From an uncultured Pseudomonadales bacterium (lineage in GTDB: Bacteria; Patescibacteriota; Microgenomatia; UBA1400; PJMF01), in NCBI GenBank assembly GCA_964620965.1, contig CAZUHV010000001.1, forward strand, positions 445,171-509,170: DNA of 64,000 bases. Direction: 5' to 3'. Below are positions 9,595 through 19,938 of this stretch, piece after piece. The position numbers and the translations under genes are program-made. Every line of letters starts with the position of its first letter. Positions within the stretch are counted from its first letter, which is position 1. The notes under the pieces were generated by a model that was not told where the DNA came from, searched no databases, and saw only the letters and a list, made by a program, of their open reading frames with translations.

Positions 9595-9631
9595 AAAAAG
9601 CCGCCAGCGAAATCTGACGGCTTGTTTTTTT
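9595..9631. terminator. Bidirectional terminator between convergent genes
   Basis: aagccgccag/ctgacggctt stem flanked by A- and T-runs. Confidence 0.7.
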
Positions 9632-9664
9632 CTAAAAAAATAAATTCGGCAAAATTTCCAATAT

Positions 9665-9964
9665 CTATACCTTTGGCCAAACTTGTTCACCAGTTTCTGT
9701 ATCTGTCACAATAATTGCATTTGTTGGGCAGCTTTGAGCAGCTAACAATTTTTCTTCGTCAGAATTTCCATTTTGATCAATAACCGTAGCAATACCTTCT
9801 TCATCTAATTGAAACACATTTGGAGCAACTGCTTCACAAGAACCAGCACTAATACATTTTGATCGAACAACCTCCACTTTATACTTACCAATTTGCTTTG
9901 TTTGTGTTGTGCCATCTGCACTTACTTGCACAGTATTTTGTTGCACTTGAACAGCATCATTCAT
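9665..9964 (-). CDS. Ferredoxin, probably [3Fe-4S] type
   Basis: CISAGSC...CPTNAI; GGAGG SD before ATG at 9964. Confidence 0.88.
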   Translation of the reverse strand: MNDAVQVQQNTVQVSADGTTQTKQIGKYKVEVVRSKCISAGSCEAVAPNVFQLDEEGIATVIDQNGNSDEEKLLAAQSCPTNAIIVTDTETGEQVWPKV

Positions 9965-9998
9965 ATTTTTACCTCCAACTACTTTCTTCTTTACTATA

Positions 9999-10709
9999 CT
10001 AGAAAAATTTTTCAAAATGAACGTGTTCCTTTGGGACACCCTTTTCTTCTAATAAAGCGGTTACATCTTGAATCATGTGTGCGTTTCCACATAAATAGTA
10101 TCCCCCATTTACAGGAATTTCATGAATTCTCAAACAATCTGTCACACGGCCTCTGCAAAGTGGCCACTCTTCAATCGCCTGAGAAATCACAGGGTGAAAA
10201 TGGAAATTGCTAAAACTTTCGGCTAAATCTTGAAAATCATTTTGCCAGAATAACTCTTCTACATGACGCATCCCCCAATACAAAGTAATGTTTCTTTTTT
10301 CTGTTCCCTCTTGAAGCATAGATAAAATCATCGATCTAAATGGTGCAATTCCAGAACCTGTAGCAACAAAAACTAGCTCATCAACTGCCTCATCTTTGTT
10401 AAAAGTAAATCTGCCCAAAGGACCCATAACATCAATTTCTGCACCAAACTCCAAATTTTGCAATAATTTTGTTCCTGAACCTTGTGGAGTGTGATCTACT
10501 AATAACTCAAACCCATCTTTATTTTCTGGTTTACTTGCAATTGAGTAACTTCTTCTGTCACCATGCTCATCAACTACGATAGAAACATACTGACCTGGAT
10601 CAAACTCCATTTGATGTGGAGCAACCAAAGTAAAATTATATTGAGAATATTTGTCATTAAAAACTTGCTTATCTGCTAGCTTCGCTTTAAATTGTTGTGG
10701 CTTAAACAT
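9999..10709 (-). CDS. Ferredoxin-NAD(P)+ reductase-family FAD-binding oxidoreductase
   Basis: PGQY, RSYSIAS, ATGSGIAPF, YLCG, EKF. Confidence 0.9.
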   Translation of the reverse strand: MFKPQQFKAKLADKQVFNDKYSQYNFTLVAPHQMEFDPGQYVSIVVDEHGDRRSYSIASKPENKDGFELLVDHTPQGSGTKLLQNLEFGAEIDVMGPLGRFTFNKDEAVDELVFVATGSGIAPFRSMILSMLQEGTEKRNITLYWGMRHVEELFWQNDFQDLAESFSNFHFHPVISQAIEEWPLCRGRVTDCLRIHEIPVNGGYYLCGNAHMIQDVTALLEEKGVPKEHVHFEKFF

Positions 10710-10738
10710 GTATATAGATGCTTTCTATCTTCAAAGTA

Positions 10739-11311
10739 TTAATTATAGTCTTGTAACCAATCTCTGCCATACCAAAGGCCAAGCGCCAACTTTGCAAGTG
10801 CTTGATATTCTTCCGTGCGGTCAACAAACCCTTTAGTTGTAATACCAATCATTCCTTGCTTTTTCTTAACATCGCTCTCACCAGCAACCTTTGCTATCAC
10901 AGGGCCCATTTCTTCGCCTTTTCGAATTTTATCTGCAACAACGTCTGGAACCATAAAACGTGCTCCATTTGCGAATTCCATAAAATCGGTTTTATCAACA
11001 ACAACAGCCCAGACTGTAGACCACATTTGGCCATCTTCGTCTTCAAAAACACCACCCTCAAGACCAACCCCTAAAACTTCATCAGTTTTAAGCTCTCTAC
11101 CATCTGCTTCATACTTTTGCAGTCCTTCAAAAAGTGCTGCTTTTGCACGATTCATTGCACCACTTTTTGTTTCTTTATCCGTTCGTGGCTGTTCTGCGAT
11201 TCCACTTGGAACATCGAAACCTTCAACAATAACTTCTGGCCAAGTTTCGCTTGCAGCTCCAACTACAGAATTTATCTTTACAGGATTATGTGAACCAACA
11301 AAAATATGCAT
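10739..11311 (-). CDS. yjjX: Inosine/xanthosine triphosphatase (YjjX/DUF84)
   Basis: GSHNPVK, SGIAEQP, GAMNRA, GLEGG, GMIG. Confidence 0.88.
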   Translation of the reverse strand: MHIFVGSHNPVKINSVVGAASETWPEVIVEGFDVPSGIAEQPRTDKETKSGAMNRAKAALFEGLQKYEADGRELKTDEVLGVGLEGGVFEDEDGQMWSTVWAVVVDKTDFMEFANGARFMVPDVVADKIRKGEEMGPVIAKVAGESDVKKKQGMIGITTKGFVDRTEEYQALAKLALGLWYGRDWLQDYN

Positions 11312-11375
11312 AACAGAACAAGTGTAACAAATTATGTCATAAATGGAAATGAGAAAGTTAGTAAAAAAACTAAAA

Positions 11376-11753
11376 TTAAATCAACTTCTTAACAGCACTT
11401 AAGCCAAGTAATAAACACTTAACTCTGCCAACAGAAATTTCTTCTAAGCCTAACTCTTCTAAAATAGTTTCTTGAGAAAGATCCTTAATTTTGGCAATTG
11501 GGAAACCTTTTAATTTTTCTGATAAAACACTCATAGAAGCCTGAGAAATAATACACCCATGCCCCTTCCACTTAATATCTTGGATAACTTTTTCACCAGT
11601 CTTTTGGTCAACTGCAAACTTCACAGAAACCGTAATCACATCTCCACAACTTGCATTAAAGTTGGTTGTAGTAATATCTGCACCAGCTAAATCTCCAAAA
11701 TTATTTGGATTTTTTGCTTCTTCTAGTAAGTCTTCGTGGTATACCGTACTCAT
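11376..11753 (-). CDS. sufU: SufU/IscU-type Fe-S scaffold or sulfur-transfer protein
   Basis: NASCGD, GCIISQASMS, RVKC; follows sufS. Confidence 0.9.
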   Translation of the reverse strand: MSTVYHEDLLEEAKNPNNFGDLAGADITTTNFNASCGDVITVSVKFAVDQKTGEKVIQDIKWKGHGCIISQASMSVLSEKLKGFPIAKIKDLSQETILEELGLEEISVGRVKCLLLGLSAVKKLI

Positions 11754-11794
11754 TTTTTATTTTTTATTTACTTTACCCGCTTTAGTCAAAAAAA

Positions 11795-13123
11795 CTATAG
11801 CAATACTTCTTTTACTTTTTTTAGTGCTGTAACAAGAGCATCAATATCTTCCTTTGAGTTATACACTTGAAAGCTTGCTCTAGTTGTTGCAACCCAATTT
11901 TGAGAAGTGTGTAGTGGCATTGTGCAATGATGACCAGATCTCACTGCAACTCCTTGACTATCCAAAACTTGTGCCACATCATGAGCATGAACTCCTTCAT
12001 ACAAAAATGAGACAGAGCCAACCCTATCAGGATTATTTAGATCAGAATTAATACTTGGTTTTGTTTCTAAATTTTGTCCAACAATAACAACATTTTCAAT
12101 TTTTGTGAGTTCTTGCAACGCATAGTTTACTAATTCTAGATCGTGTTCAAGAACTGCCTGCATTCCAGATTTTTTGTTATCAGTATTATTGTCAATGGCG
12201 CCATTGTTCTGCATTCCCAAACTTTGTAAGTACTCACAAGCAGCCGCTAACCCAACAACAGAAGCAACATCTGGGGTTCCCGCAATAAACCTCTCGCTTA
12301 AATCTTCATGAAACTCTGTATGCAACTCATGGACTTCACTAATCATTCCACCACCAAATAGCCAGGGTTGCATCTCATTAGTTTTAAGCAGCTCTTCACG
12401 AACTAATAAGCCACCAATACCCATCGGCCCCAGCATTTTGTGACCAGAGAAAGTGAAAAAGTCTACTCCTAACGAAAAGAAGTTTATTGGTATGTGAGGA
12501 GCAGATTGTGCACCGTCTACTAAAATTCTAATCTGTGGGTTTATTTCTTTTACTGTAGAAACAATTTTCTTAACTGGCACAACTGTTCCCAGTGCATTTG
12601 AAACATGTGGCACAGCAATCAGTTTTATTTTTTGAGCGAATTGTTCTAACTTAGATTCAAAATCTGCAAAGTCAAACTCCCCAGATTTCGTAATTTTAAT
12701 AAATTGGAGTTTAGCTCCTTTTCGTTTTGCCAGCTCTTGCCAAACAACTATATTTGAGTGGTGATCCATAACGGTAACTAGAATCACATCATTAGCGATA
12801 ATATTATTTTCGCCCCACCCATATGCAACACCATTTATTGCTTCTGTAGTGTTACGCACAAAAATCAATTCTCGTAATTTTGCACCAAAAAATTGGGCAA
12901 TTTTTTCTTTACCAGTTTCAAAAAGTTGTGTACTTTCATCAGAAAGGGTGTGAACTCCTCTGTGAACGTTTGCCACATGATTTTCGTAGTAATTCGTAAT
13001 TGCATCAATCATTACATGTGGTTTTTGGCTTGTTGCGGAATTATCAAGGTACACCAAATCATTTCCATTGATTTTGCGAGACAAAATGGGAAAATCTAAC
13101 TTTATTTTTTGAGCATCTAACAT
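11795..13123 (-). CDS. sufS: Cysteine desulfurase SufS
   Basis: YLDNSATSQKP, SGHKMLGP, RSGHHC. Confidence 0.95.
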   Translation of the reverse strand: MLDAQKIKLDFPILSRKINGNDLVYLDNSATSQKPHVMIDAITNYYENHVANVHRGVHTLSDESTQLFETGKEKIAQFFGAKLRELIFVRNTTEAINGVAYGWGENNIIANDVILVTVMDHHSNIVVWQELAKRKGAKLQFIKITKSGEFDFADFESKLEQFAQKIKLIAVPHVSNALGTVVPVKKIVSTVKEINPQIRILVDGAQSAPHIPINFFSLGVDFFTFSGHKMLGPMGIGGLLVREELLKTNEMQPWLFGGGMISEVHELHTEFHEDLSERFIAGTPDVASVVGLAAACEYLQSLGMQNNGAIDNNTDNKKSGMQAVLEHDLELVNYALQELTKIENVVIVGQNLETKPSINSDLNNPDRVGSVSFLYEGVHAHDVAQVLDSQGVAVRSGHHCTMPLHTSQNWVATTRASFQVYNSKEDIDALVTALKKVKEVLL

Positions 13124-13171
13124 AGGGTATATTGTACCACTCTTACTTCACATAATAAAATCCCATAATTA

Positions 13172-13201
13172 TTGACTATAAATACCATTTAGTGCTATAA
13201 T
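13172..13201 (+). promoter_or_regulatory. Sigma70-type promoter of the ABC-like gene
   Basis: TTGACT-N18-TATAAT with extended TG. Confidence 0.6.
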
Positions 13202-13244
13202 TCCGAATCTTTTTATCAATCTTAAAATTTAAAAAAGACAGAAA

Positions 13245-16200
13245 ATGGCAAATAAAGTTATAGAATCAACCAAATCTTTTTTTGGTCTCAGTAAACAAGG
13301 TCCATTCTTGCAACGAGAAGATTTTGAGGCTCTGGCCAGCGTAGCAGAACCAGCAAGTGCCGATATAGAATCAGCAATGAGCCATATTGAGCTTAAGAGA
13401 ATAACTGGAACAGCTCTTAATATAATGAGCGAAGTTTTAACAATTGCGCTCATAAACGTAGTAGCTTCTGGAAATCAAGAATTACAAAGCACACTTGCTT
13501 GGCCAATATTCGGACTATTATCTGCCACAACATTAACCAAATCAACTCTTCTAAACTGGCAATACCGGTTAAATGACATTGCTATTCAAAGAGTTTTTAC
13601 CTATTTGCAAACAATTGATGGATTACAGAACTCAGAAAAAAAACATCTACTTAGCCAATGGCAAAGCGATATTAACTCGATGTCTAGGGCAGAGTTGCAG
13701 TTTGGAAATTTACCTAGTAATAAATTATTTTGGCTTACCTCAAAGCTAATTAACATTGCTTACCTATTCCCAGAACTTACACCTGTTATTATCGGCCAGT
13801 GGTTCCTTTCAATTTTACAAATATCAGGAAATACAAAAGCTTTTCAATATCTACAGTCTCAATTCCAATCTGTTGTACAAGAAAACAGTACTGCAATGAA
13901 ACTACATGCAAAAAATACAAAAGCAGAAAAACTAAAAGAAAAAGTAGCAATGTTAAAAGTTACTGTTCTTACTACAATCATAAATACTATTACACGTTCA
14001 GCATCATTGCCATTCATATGGGCACTTGCTAATGGCGCAACACTGCCAACGCTCATCGCAACATCATTACCAAGTTTAAACACTCTTTCAAGCGAAGTCA
14101 GTGAAACATTGGGCTCAGCAATTGGTGCTCATATACAGTTTACTGCGGCTGCAATCGGGAGAGAAAGATTAGAAAGTATTTTGGATCAAATACAAAAAAC
14201 GCAAGTAATAATCCAAAATCACAATGATAGGAAAAAACACAGAGAAAAACTTGCAGATGAGAAATCAATCGAAGAATCATTCAAAGAAAAAAATATTCCT
14301 ATTCCTCAAGGTGTAACATCCCTACTATTTTCTGAAGTATGCATTCCAAGACCAGCTGACAATGTGATGCTTATCGAAAACCTCACAGGGTATGTTCTTT
14401 TAGAAACTGGGAAGGTTACTATTATCACCGGCGGCTCCGGTAAAGGAAAAAGCCTACTTGCAGAAACTATCCTACAGAATTATTTAAAATCATCTGGAAG
14501 AACTGGTATAAGCAGTAAAGAAGGCATCATTACTGATTTTAGAGACGAAGCTACAAATCATAATGAATTTGGCTTATATGTCAATGAAGATGATATGCCA
14601 GGAGACATTTATTGGGCAGATCTTGCTTTTCCATATAACCTACAAGTTGCTCTCATAGCAACAGCAAACTTTGATATTCATGACCCTTCTATTACCGAAT
14701 TCTTAAGACTTAGCTGGGGAGATAAAACCAAAAATGCAAATAAAACTCAGACACTCACTAAAGTTTTTAAAACCATTCAGAAACATTTAGAATCTATTCT
14801 TTCTGAAACCGGACTATTTATAGACCCTACAAAACAAATGTCATACTATCTTTCACAAGAAATCGGACACTACTCTGACGGTGAAAAACAAAGACTGTTT
14901 CTTTCAAGTGTGTATCTTATTCCAAACTTACCTCTAGTAATAATTGATGAACCTTTTAGAGCACTAGATTCAAGTGATGAAACTCGTAATACAAATAGTT
15001 CTAAAAAAGCTATGGCAGAGTTTCTGTTAAAACTTGAAAATAGGGGAACAGATGTCATCATTATTACTCACGAAAATGATACTGAAATTAAATCACTTTT
15101 AGGAGAATCTATTGGGTGCCAAATTCATCTTGATAATGGACAATTAGTTGCAAAAAAAGGGTACGAAAACATGGTACAACTTACTTCTACTCCACTCTTA
15201 TCTGAACATAACGTAACTGATGAAATATTAGAAACTGAAGAAACTATTACGCTAGGAAAAGAAGTTATCTTAAAAATCGAAGAGTCACTTTTAAGACTTG
15301 ATGACCTTATTAAAGATGCTAAATCTAGTTACATTACAAGTTTTAACAGATTAGATCCTTCAAAACACCCTGAGGTAAAAAAAGAAATCAAATCTATCAT
15401 TAATTTATTCGAGCAAGTCGTCGGTAAGCTTGGAAGAAACCAAAAAATCAACTCCGATATCTTAGCAACTCACAATTGGGAACTCATCGGAGAAGCGATC
15501 TACTTTTACTTAGATACAAGTGATGACAAAGTAGATTTTGTAAAAACTGTTACTATATTTGAAACTATCTTTTCTTCGCTAGACTCAGCAGCACTCACAA
15601 AACCAACCAATCCAGTGTATAAAGGTCAACAGTTAACTGAATTTTTGTATGAGTATATACACTTAGCTGTTACAAATAGACAACGAGAGTTTGAAACTGA
15701 ATACGTACAAAAAGTTAAGTCTCAATACTCCACAATTGTTTCTAACACAAAAGAATCACAACAAGATGAGCAGCAAAAACTGCCTATTTATCCTCTCACT
15801 TTAGAAGAAATAGAAAGCCTTAGAGAAATTGTTGATTCTGAACATAGTGAGCAAACAGTAAAAGACGCTATTACTTTACTTAAAAGTAATATAAGCCAAC
15901 CCGAGAAAAACTTAGAAGCACAAAAAGTTATTGATAATTTCTTTAGAAAACTAGAACAACTAAAACAATTTATTGTGAAAAAATCAGAAACAAATACTGT
16001 AGAAATTGGTCTTGAAATTTTTTCTGAAGATGATTGGAGATTAATAACCAATCTCCTTGATACATACTTCATTTACTTACAAGAAGATCAAACACTAGAA
16101 TTTACAGAAAAACAAGAAAAATATCACCAAGCTTTAGAAATTTGTGATGTTATTTTTTATGCAATGACAGAAAAAGCAAATAACTTGCAAGTTGATTGGC

Positions 16201-16373
16201 TTGAAAATGAATATAGCTTAAAACTAGTTGTATATGGACTACTAGATTTAATAATTCATGATGATTTAGTTGAGTACCAACCAGACCCAAAAATAGTTTC
16301 TCGAATTGAAAAAAGATATCAAATCTTAGTAAACAAAGATCAAAAAGTTAAACGAGAAAATATAGAAGACTAG
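13245..16373 (+). CDS. Divergent ABC-exporter-like protein (TM domain + ATPase) with ~400-aa acidic C-terminal extension
   Basis: Hydrophobic N-terminal region; Walker A GGSGKGKS; signature YSDGEKQR; Walker B IIDEP; H-loop ITHE. Confidence 0.7.
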   Translation: MANKVIESTKSFFGLSKQGPFLQREDFEALASVAEPASADIESAMSHIELKRITGTALNIMSEVLTIALINVVASGNQELQSTLAWPIFGLLSATTLTKSTLLNWQYRLNDIAIQRVFTYLQTIDGLQNSEKKHLLSQWQSDINSMSRAELQFGNLPSNKLFWLTSKLINIAYLFPELTPVIIGQWFLSILQISGNTKAFQYLQSQFQSVVQENSTAMKLHAKNTKAEKLKEKVAMLKVTVLTTIINTITRSASLPFIWALANGATLPTLIATSLPSLNTLSSEVSETLGSAIGAHIQFTAAAIGRERLESILDQIQKTQVIIQNHNDRKKHREKLADEKSIEESFKEKNIPIPQGVTSLLFSEVCIPRPADNVMLIENLTGYVLLETGKVTIITGGSGKGKSLLAETILQNYLKSSGRTGISSKEGIITDFRDEATNHNEFGLYVNEDDMPGDIYWADLAFPYNLQVALIATANFDIHDPSITEFLRLSWGDKTKNANKTQTLTKVFKTIQKHLESILSETGLFIDPTKQMSYYLSQEIGHYSDGEKQRLFLSSVYLIPNLPLVIIDEPFRALDSSDETRNTNSSKKAMAEFLLKLENRGTDVIIITHENDTEIKSLLGESIGCQIHLDNGQLVAKKGYENMVQLTSTPLLSEHNVTDEILETEETITLGKEVILKIEESLLRLDDLIKDAKSSYITSFNRLDPSKHPEVKKEIKSIINLFEQVVGKLGRNQKINSDILATHNWELIGEAIYFYLDTSDDKVDFVKTVTIFETIFSSLDSAALTKPTNPVYKGQQLTEFLYEYIHLAVTNRQREFETEYVQKVKSQYSTIVSNTKESQQDEQQKLPIYPLTLEEIESLREIVDSEHSEQTVKDAITLLKSNISQPEKNLEAQKVIDNFFRKLEQLKQFIVKKSETNTVEIGLEIFSEDDWRLITNLLDTYFIYLQEDQTLEFTEKQEKYHQALEICDVIFYAMTEKANNLQVDWLENEYSLKLVVYGLLDLIIHDDLVEYQPDPKIVSRIEKRYQILVNKDQKVKRENIED

Positions 16374-16390
16374 CTCTCTGAGTTACTAAG

Positions 16391-16876
16391 CTAAATCTCC
16401 AAAAAGCCTTCAGTAATCAAATCTTCTGCCTGACGTTTTGGAATACCACGAGACATGAGATAAAAAAGCTGCTGTTCTGGAATTTGTGTAATACTGGCCG
16501 CATGAGAGCATTTCACATCGTCAGTTAAAATTTCCAGTTCTGGGACTGCTTCTGCACTTGCTTTATCAGAAAGCAATAAAACACGTTCAGTTAAAAATGA
16601 GTTACTCATGCCACAGTCATGGTCAATGATTATTCTGCCAAAAAATCTAATTCTTGAATTATCACGGGCCACTCCACGAAGCGTTGTGTTTGCCAAAGTA
16701 TTCTTTGCCTTATGATGAATAGTTATGTTAATTTCTATTGCATCTGAATTTTCTGTTAAAAATGAACCTATAACTTCTGCCTCTGCACCCTCTCCCACTA
16801 ACTCAACTAAATACTCACCTGATTTTGTGATCTCTATTTTTTTATGCTGGTCTTTTTCTATTGTATAAACTTTCAT
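16391..16876 (-). CDS. sufD: Short SufD-family protein
   Basis: AVPELEI..DDVKCSHAAS, QLFYLMSRGI; start at MKVYT. Confidence 0.88.
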   Translation of the reverse strand: MKVYTIEKDQHKKIEITKSGEYLVELVGEGAEAEVIGSFLTENSDAIEINITIHHKAKNTLANTTLRGVARDNSRIRFFGRIIIDHDCGMSNSFLTERVLLLSDKASAEAVPELEILTDDVKCSHAASITQIPEQQLFYLMSRGIPKRQAEDLITEGFLEI

Positions 16877-17000
16877 TTTTGCGTTTTTCAAATGTATTAA
16901 AAAATTTGGAAAGTACTTTGTAAAGTATGTTTTGATAAATGAGTGATTCAAACCAAAGGTTTGCACGAATATTCAAAATATATTTTACAAAACTGCAGAT

Positions 17001-19565
17001 TTATCCAATACTCCCCTCCATCTCATGATCTATTAATCTGTTCATTTCCACCGCATACTCAAGTGGAAGCTTACGAACCAAATCATCAATAAACCCATTC
17101 ACAATCAATTTTCTTGCTTGTTCTTCACTAACTCCACGAGACATCAAATAAAACAACTGATCATCTCCAATTTTAGAAACAGTCGCCTCGTGCTGAACTT
17201 CAACTTGTTTGTTAAAAATTTTATCTACTGGATAGGTATCAGATCGAGAGTTACCATCAAGCAATAATGCATCACAAATCACCGTATTTTTACTATGATG
17301 TGCTTTTGGACCAACATTTATTAGACCTCTATACGCAGTTCGACCCCCACTTTTACTAATAGACTTTGCAACAATAGTCGAGCTTGTGTATGGGGCCAAA
17401 TGAATTGCCTTAGAACCTGTATCTTGATGTTGACCTGCGCCTGCTAAGGCCATCGATAACGCTTCTCCTTTCGCTCCTTTTCCTGCCAAAACAAATCCAG
17501 GATACTTCATTGTTAGCTTTGAACCCATATTAAAGTCTGTCCAAATCATCTCAGCCTCTTCATCAACATATGCACGTTTGGTGACTAGGTTGTAAATATT
17601 CTTATACCAATTTTGGACTGTAGTATATTGACAACGGCCACCTTTTTTAACATAAATTTCAACTACAGCGGCATGCAAAGAACCAGTTGAAAAATTTGGA
17701 GCTGTACAGTTATGAACAGCTACCCCACCAGCAACATAACTTTCATCTTCACGCACTGAAAAATTATATACGTCTATATTGTCAACTTCTTTCGACTCAA
17801 TTTTTTTAATTGGAGCATACAAATATTTTTCATCAACAAAATAATAAGTTGCTCGCTTCTTTTCCCACATTTTTGGTTGAATGAACTGTTCTACAATCTT
17901 TCCAAAAGCAATCATGTACTCGCCACCAATCACCAAATTGTACATTAGAAGCCTATTTTTACTTCTTTTCGTTTGAATATTAAGAGAGCTTGCAATTCCT
18001 AAACGAGCCAGAATCATTCTACCCTGTGTTGCTAGCGTCTTTGAGGTTGTAGAAATTCTAAACATTTCTTTTAAACCATGCTTTACAACTTTAGAATAAT
18101 AGTTACCATCCCCATAAAACCAAGTTTTAATAAGTGCTGACTGTTTTTCTGCAGACTCTTGCATCACCCAATCCGGGATTTGTTTTGAGCTTGAATGCGT
18201 ACCAAATTGCTCAAAAAATCGGCACAAACGTACAGAACTTACGACAACATTTGTACCATTATTTTTTTCATGAGATATTTCACGAATTCTAGTTTCGCCA
18301 AAAACAGAAAAAATAAGTTTTTTTACCTCTTCAATGTATTCTACTTCTGAAGTATTAAAAGAGAAATTCAAATATGAGCCAGCAGAAATGCTCCCTTCTG
18401 CCAAATAATATCCTATGAGCTTAAATAAGTCTGCTGTGCATGGAATTTCTAGCTTTTCTAATTGCCAACCATGTCTTCCATTACCTACAGGGACTTCATA
18501 TTGCAAAGTTTTTTGTGTTTTGAGCGTTTGATCAATCGGAGTACAAACATAGTCACCTTTTCGCAGATCTTTAACTGGCAACCATTCAGGACTCCAGTTT
18601 TTATTTCGCTCACTTTTAGTTTTCCTTTTAACAACTAAAAATGGATGTTCCTCTGTTGCTTCAATTACTTCTGAAGGTTGACCCGTTACTGTCACTGAGT
18701 AAAGCCGCCCTGAATAAGGTCTTACTTGAGTATGATATACAGACTGGTATTTTCCAGTATGCGTCAAAACCTTTGAATCCGTAGTAACATCTTCTATTGC
18801 TGTTAAACCTTGATCTGTTAAAATTTGCGTCCCTGCAGTAAAACAACCCTCAATATAGTGTACACTTGCACCTTCATCAACAATAATTAAAGTTCTTTCA
18901 AACTGACCAGCATTCGCTGCATTAATTCTAAAGTATGTTTGCAGAGGCATTTTTACGTGCACCCCTTTTGGAATGTACACAAATGACCCACCAGACCAAA
19001 CAGCAGTGTTTAATGCAGAAAATTTATTATCAGAAAATGGAATAACCTTATTGAAGTATTCTTTAACCAATTCAGGATACTGTGCCAAACCTTCGTCCAT
19101 AGATAAAAACACAACACCATCTTTTGCCCAAACGTTTTTAAGTGAACCATACACAACTTCACTGTCATACTGAGCTTTTACACCTGCCAAAACTTCACGT
19201 TCTGCTTTTGGAATTCCTAATCTATCAAACGTCTCTTTAACTTCTCTTGGCACATCATCCCAAGATTTTCCAGCTTGGTCAGTTGGTCGTAAATAGTAGC
19301 GAATCTGATCATAATTAATTTCAGAAAGGTCTCCACCCCAAGTTGGAGTCGGTTTTGAACGAAATGCTTTGTATGCTTCTAAGCGCAACTTGAGCATCCA
19401 CTCTGGCTCATTCTTTATCGCAGAGATTTCGTCTACAGTTTTTTCCGTTAATCCAGGCTGTAAAATGTGAGCATACCCTTCTGTAGAATACGAAAAACCA
19501 TGCTCGTAGGAATCACCTGCATCAGTTTCAAAATTGCCAGTCTTTTTTTGTGCAAAACGTGACAT
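17001..19565 (-). CDS. sufB: Fe-S cluster assembly protein SufB, intein-containing
   Basis: AQYDSEVVY, WSGGSF, GQFERTLI, YIEG|intein|CTAP, HEATVSKI. Confidence 0.96.
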   Translation of the reverse strand: MSRFAQKKTGNFETDAGDSYEHGFSYSTEGYAHILQPGLTEKTVDEISAIKNEPEWMLKLRLEAYKAFRSKPTPTWGGDLSEINYDQIRYYLRPTDQAGKSWDDVPREVKETFDRLGIPKAEREVLAGVKAQYDSEVVYGSLKNVWAKDGVVFLSMDEGLAQYPELVKEYFNKVIPFSDNKFSALNTAVWSGGSFVYIPKGVHVKMPLQTYFRINAANAGQFERTLIIVDEGASVHYIEGCFTAGTQILTDQGLTAIEDVTTDSKVLTHTGKYQSVYHTQVRPYSGRLYSVTVTGQPSEVIEATEEHPFLVVKRKTKSERNKNWSPEWLPVKDLRKGDYVCTPIDQTLKTQKTLQYEVPVGNGRHGWQLEKLEIPCTADLFKLIGYYLAEGSISAGSYLNFSFNTSEVEYIEEVKKLIFSVFGETRIREISHEKNNGTNVVVSSVRLCRFFEQFGTHSSSKQIPDWVMQESAEKQSALIKTWFYGDGNYYSKVVKHGLKEMFRISTTSKTLATQGRMILARLGIASSLNIQTKRSKNRLLMYNLVIGGEYMIAFGKIVEQFIQPKMWEKKRATYYFVDEKYLYAPIKKIESKEVDNIDVYNFSVREDESYVAGGVAVHNCTAPNFSTGSLHAAVVEIYVKKGGRCQYTTVQNWYKNIYNLVTKRAYVDEEAEMIWTDFNMGSKLTMKYPGFVLAGKGAKGEALSMALAGAGQHQDTGSKAIHLAPYTSSTIVAKSISKSGGRTAYRGLINVGPKAHHSKNTVICDALLLDGNSRSDTYPVDKIFNKQVEVQHEATVSKIGDDQLFYLMSRGVSEEQARKLIVNGFIDDLVRKLPLEYAVEMNRLIDHEMEGSIG
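17709..18845 (-). mobile_element. Intein (379 aa) with LAGLIDADG homing endonuclease in SufB
   Basis: Starts CFTAGT; block B TEEHPF; LAGLIDADG-like LIGYYLAEG and TWFYGDG; ends YVAGGVAVHN before +1 Cys. Confidence 0.95.
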
Positions 19566-19567
19566 AT

Positions 19568-19906
19568 TTATTTCTGATTTAAGTAATCAACAACATCTTG
19601 AACTAGCTGATAAGCAATTGCCACTTGCTCTGGAGTTGTGTCAACAGAATGTTTAAAATCTTCTGCAGTTTGCATAGTCCTAAACGCCTTAATTCTTTCT
19701 TTTAAATTAGTGTCATTAATTATATTCATATAAACCAACATCTCCATATAGGTTAGAGCTGTAGAGAATTTACCTTTTCTAAACCAAGTATCTTCAGCTT
19801 TTCCTTCTGCAACCATTACACTGTTAACTTTTTCGTTAGGTTTAATTGTTGATATTTTTAACAGGTCTTCTAGGCCGTTTAATATTCCACTTGTATCAAA
19901 CGCCAT
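19568..19906 (-). CDS. Hypothetical protein
   Basis: 112-aa ORF with GAGG SD, ending 2 nt before sufB. Confidence 0.65.
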   Translation of the reverse strand: MAFDTSGILNGLEDLLKISTIKPNEKVNSVMVAEGKAEDTWFRKGKFSTALTYMEMLVYMNIINDTNLKERIKAFRTMQTAEDFKHSVDTTPEQVAIAYQLVQDVVDYLNQK

Positions 19907-19938
19907 TTCCTCAGTTCCAAATATAATCGTATTAACCT

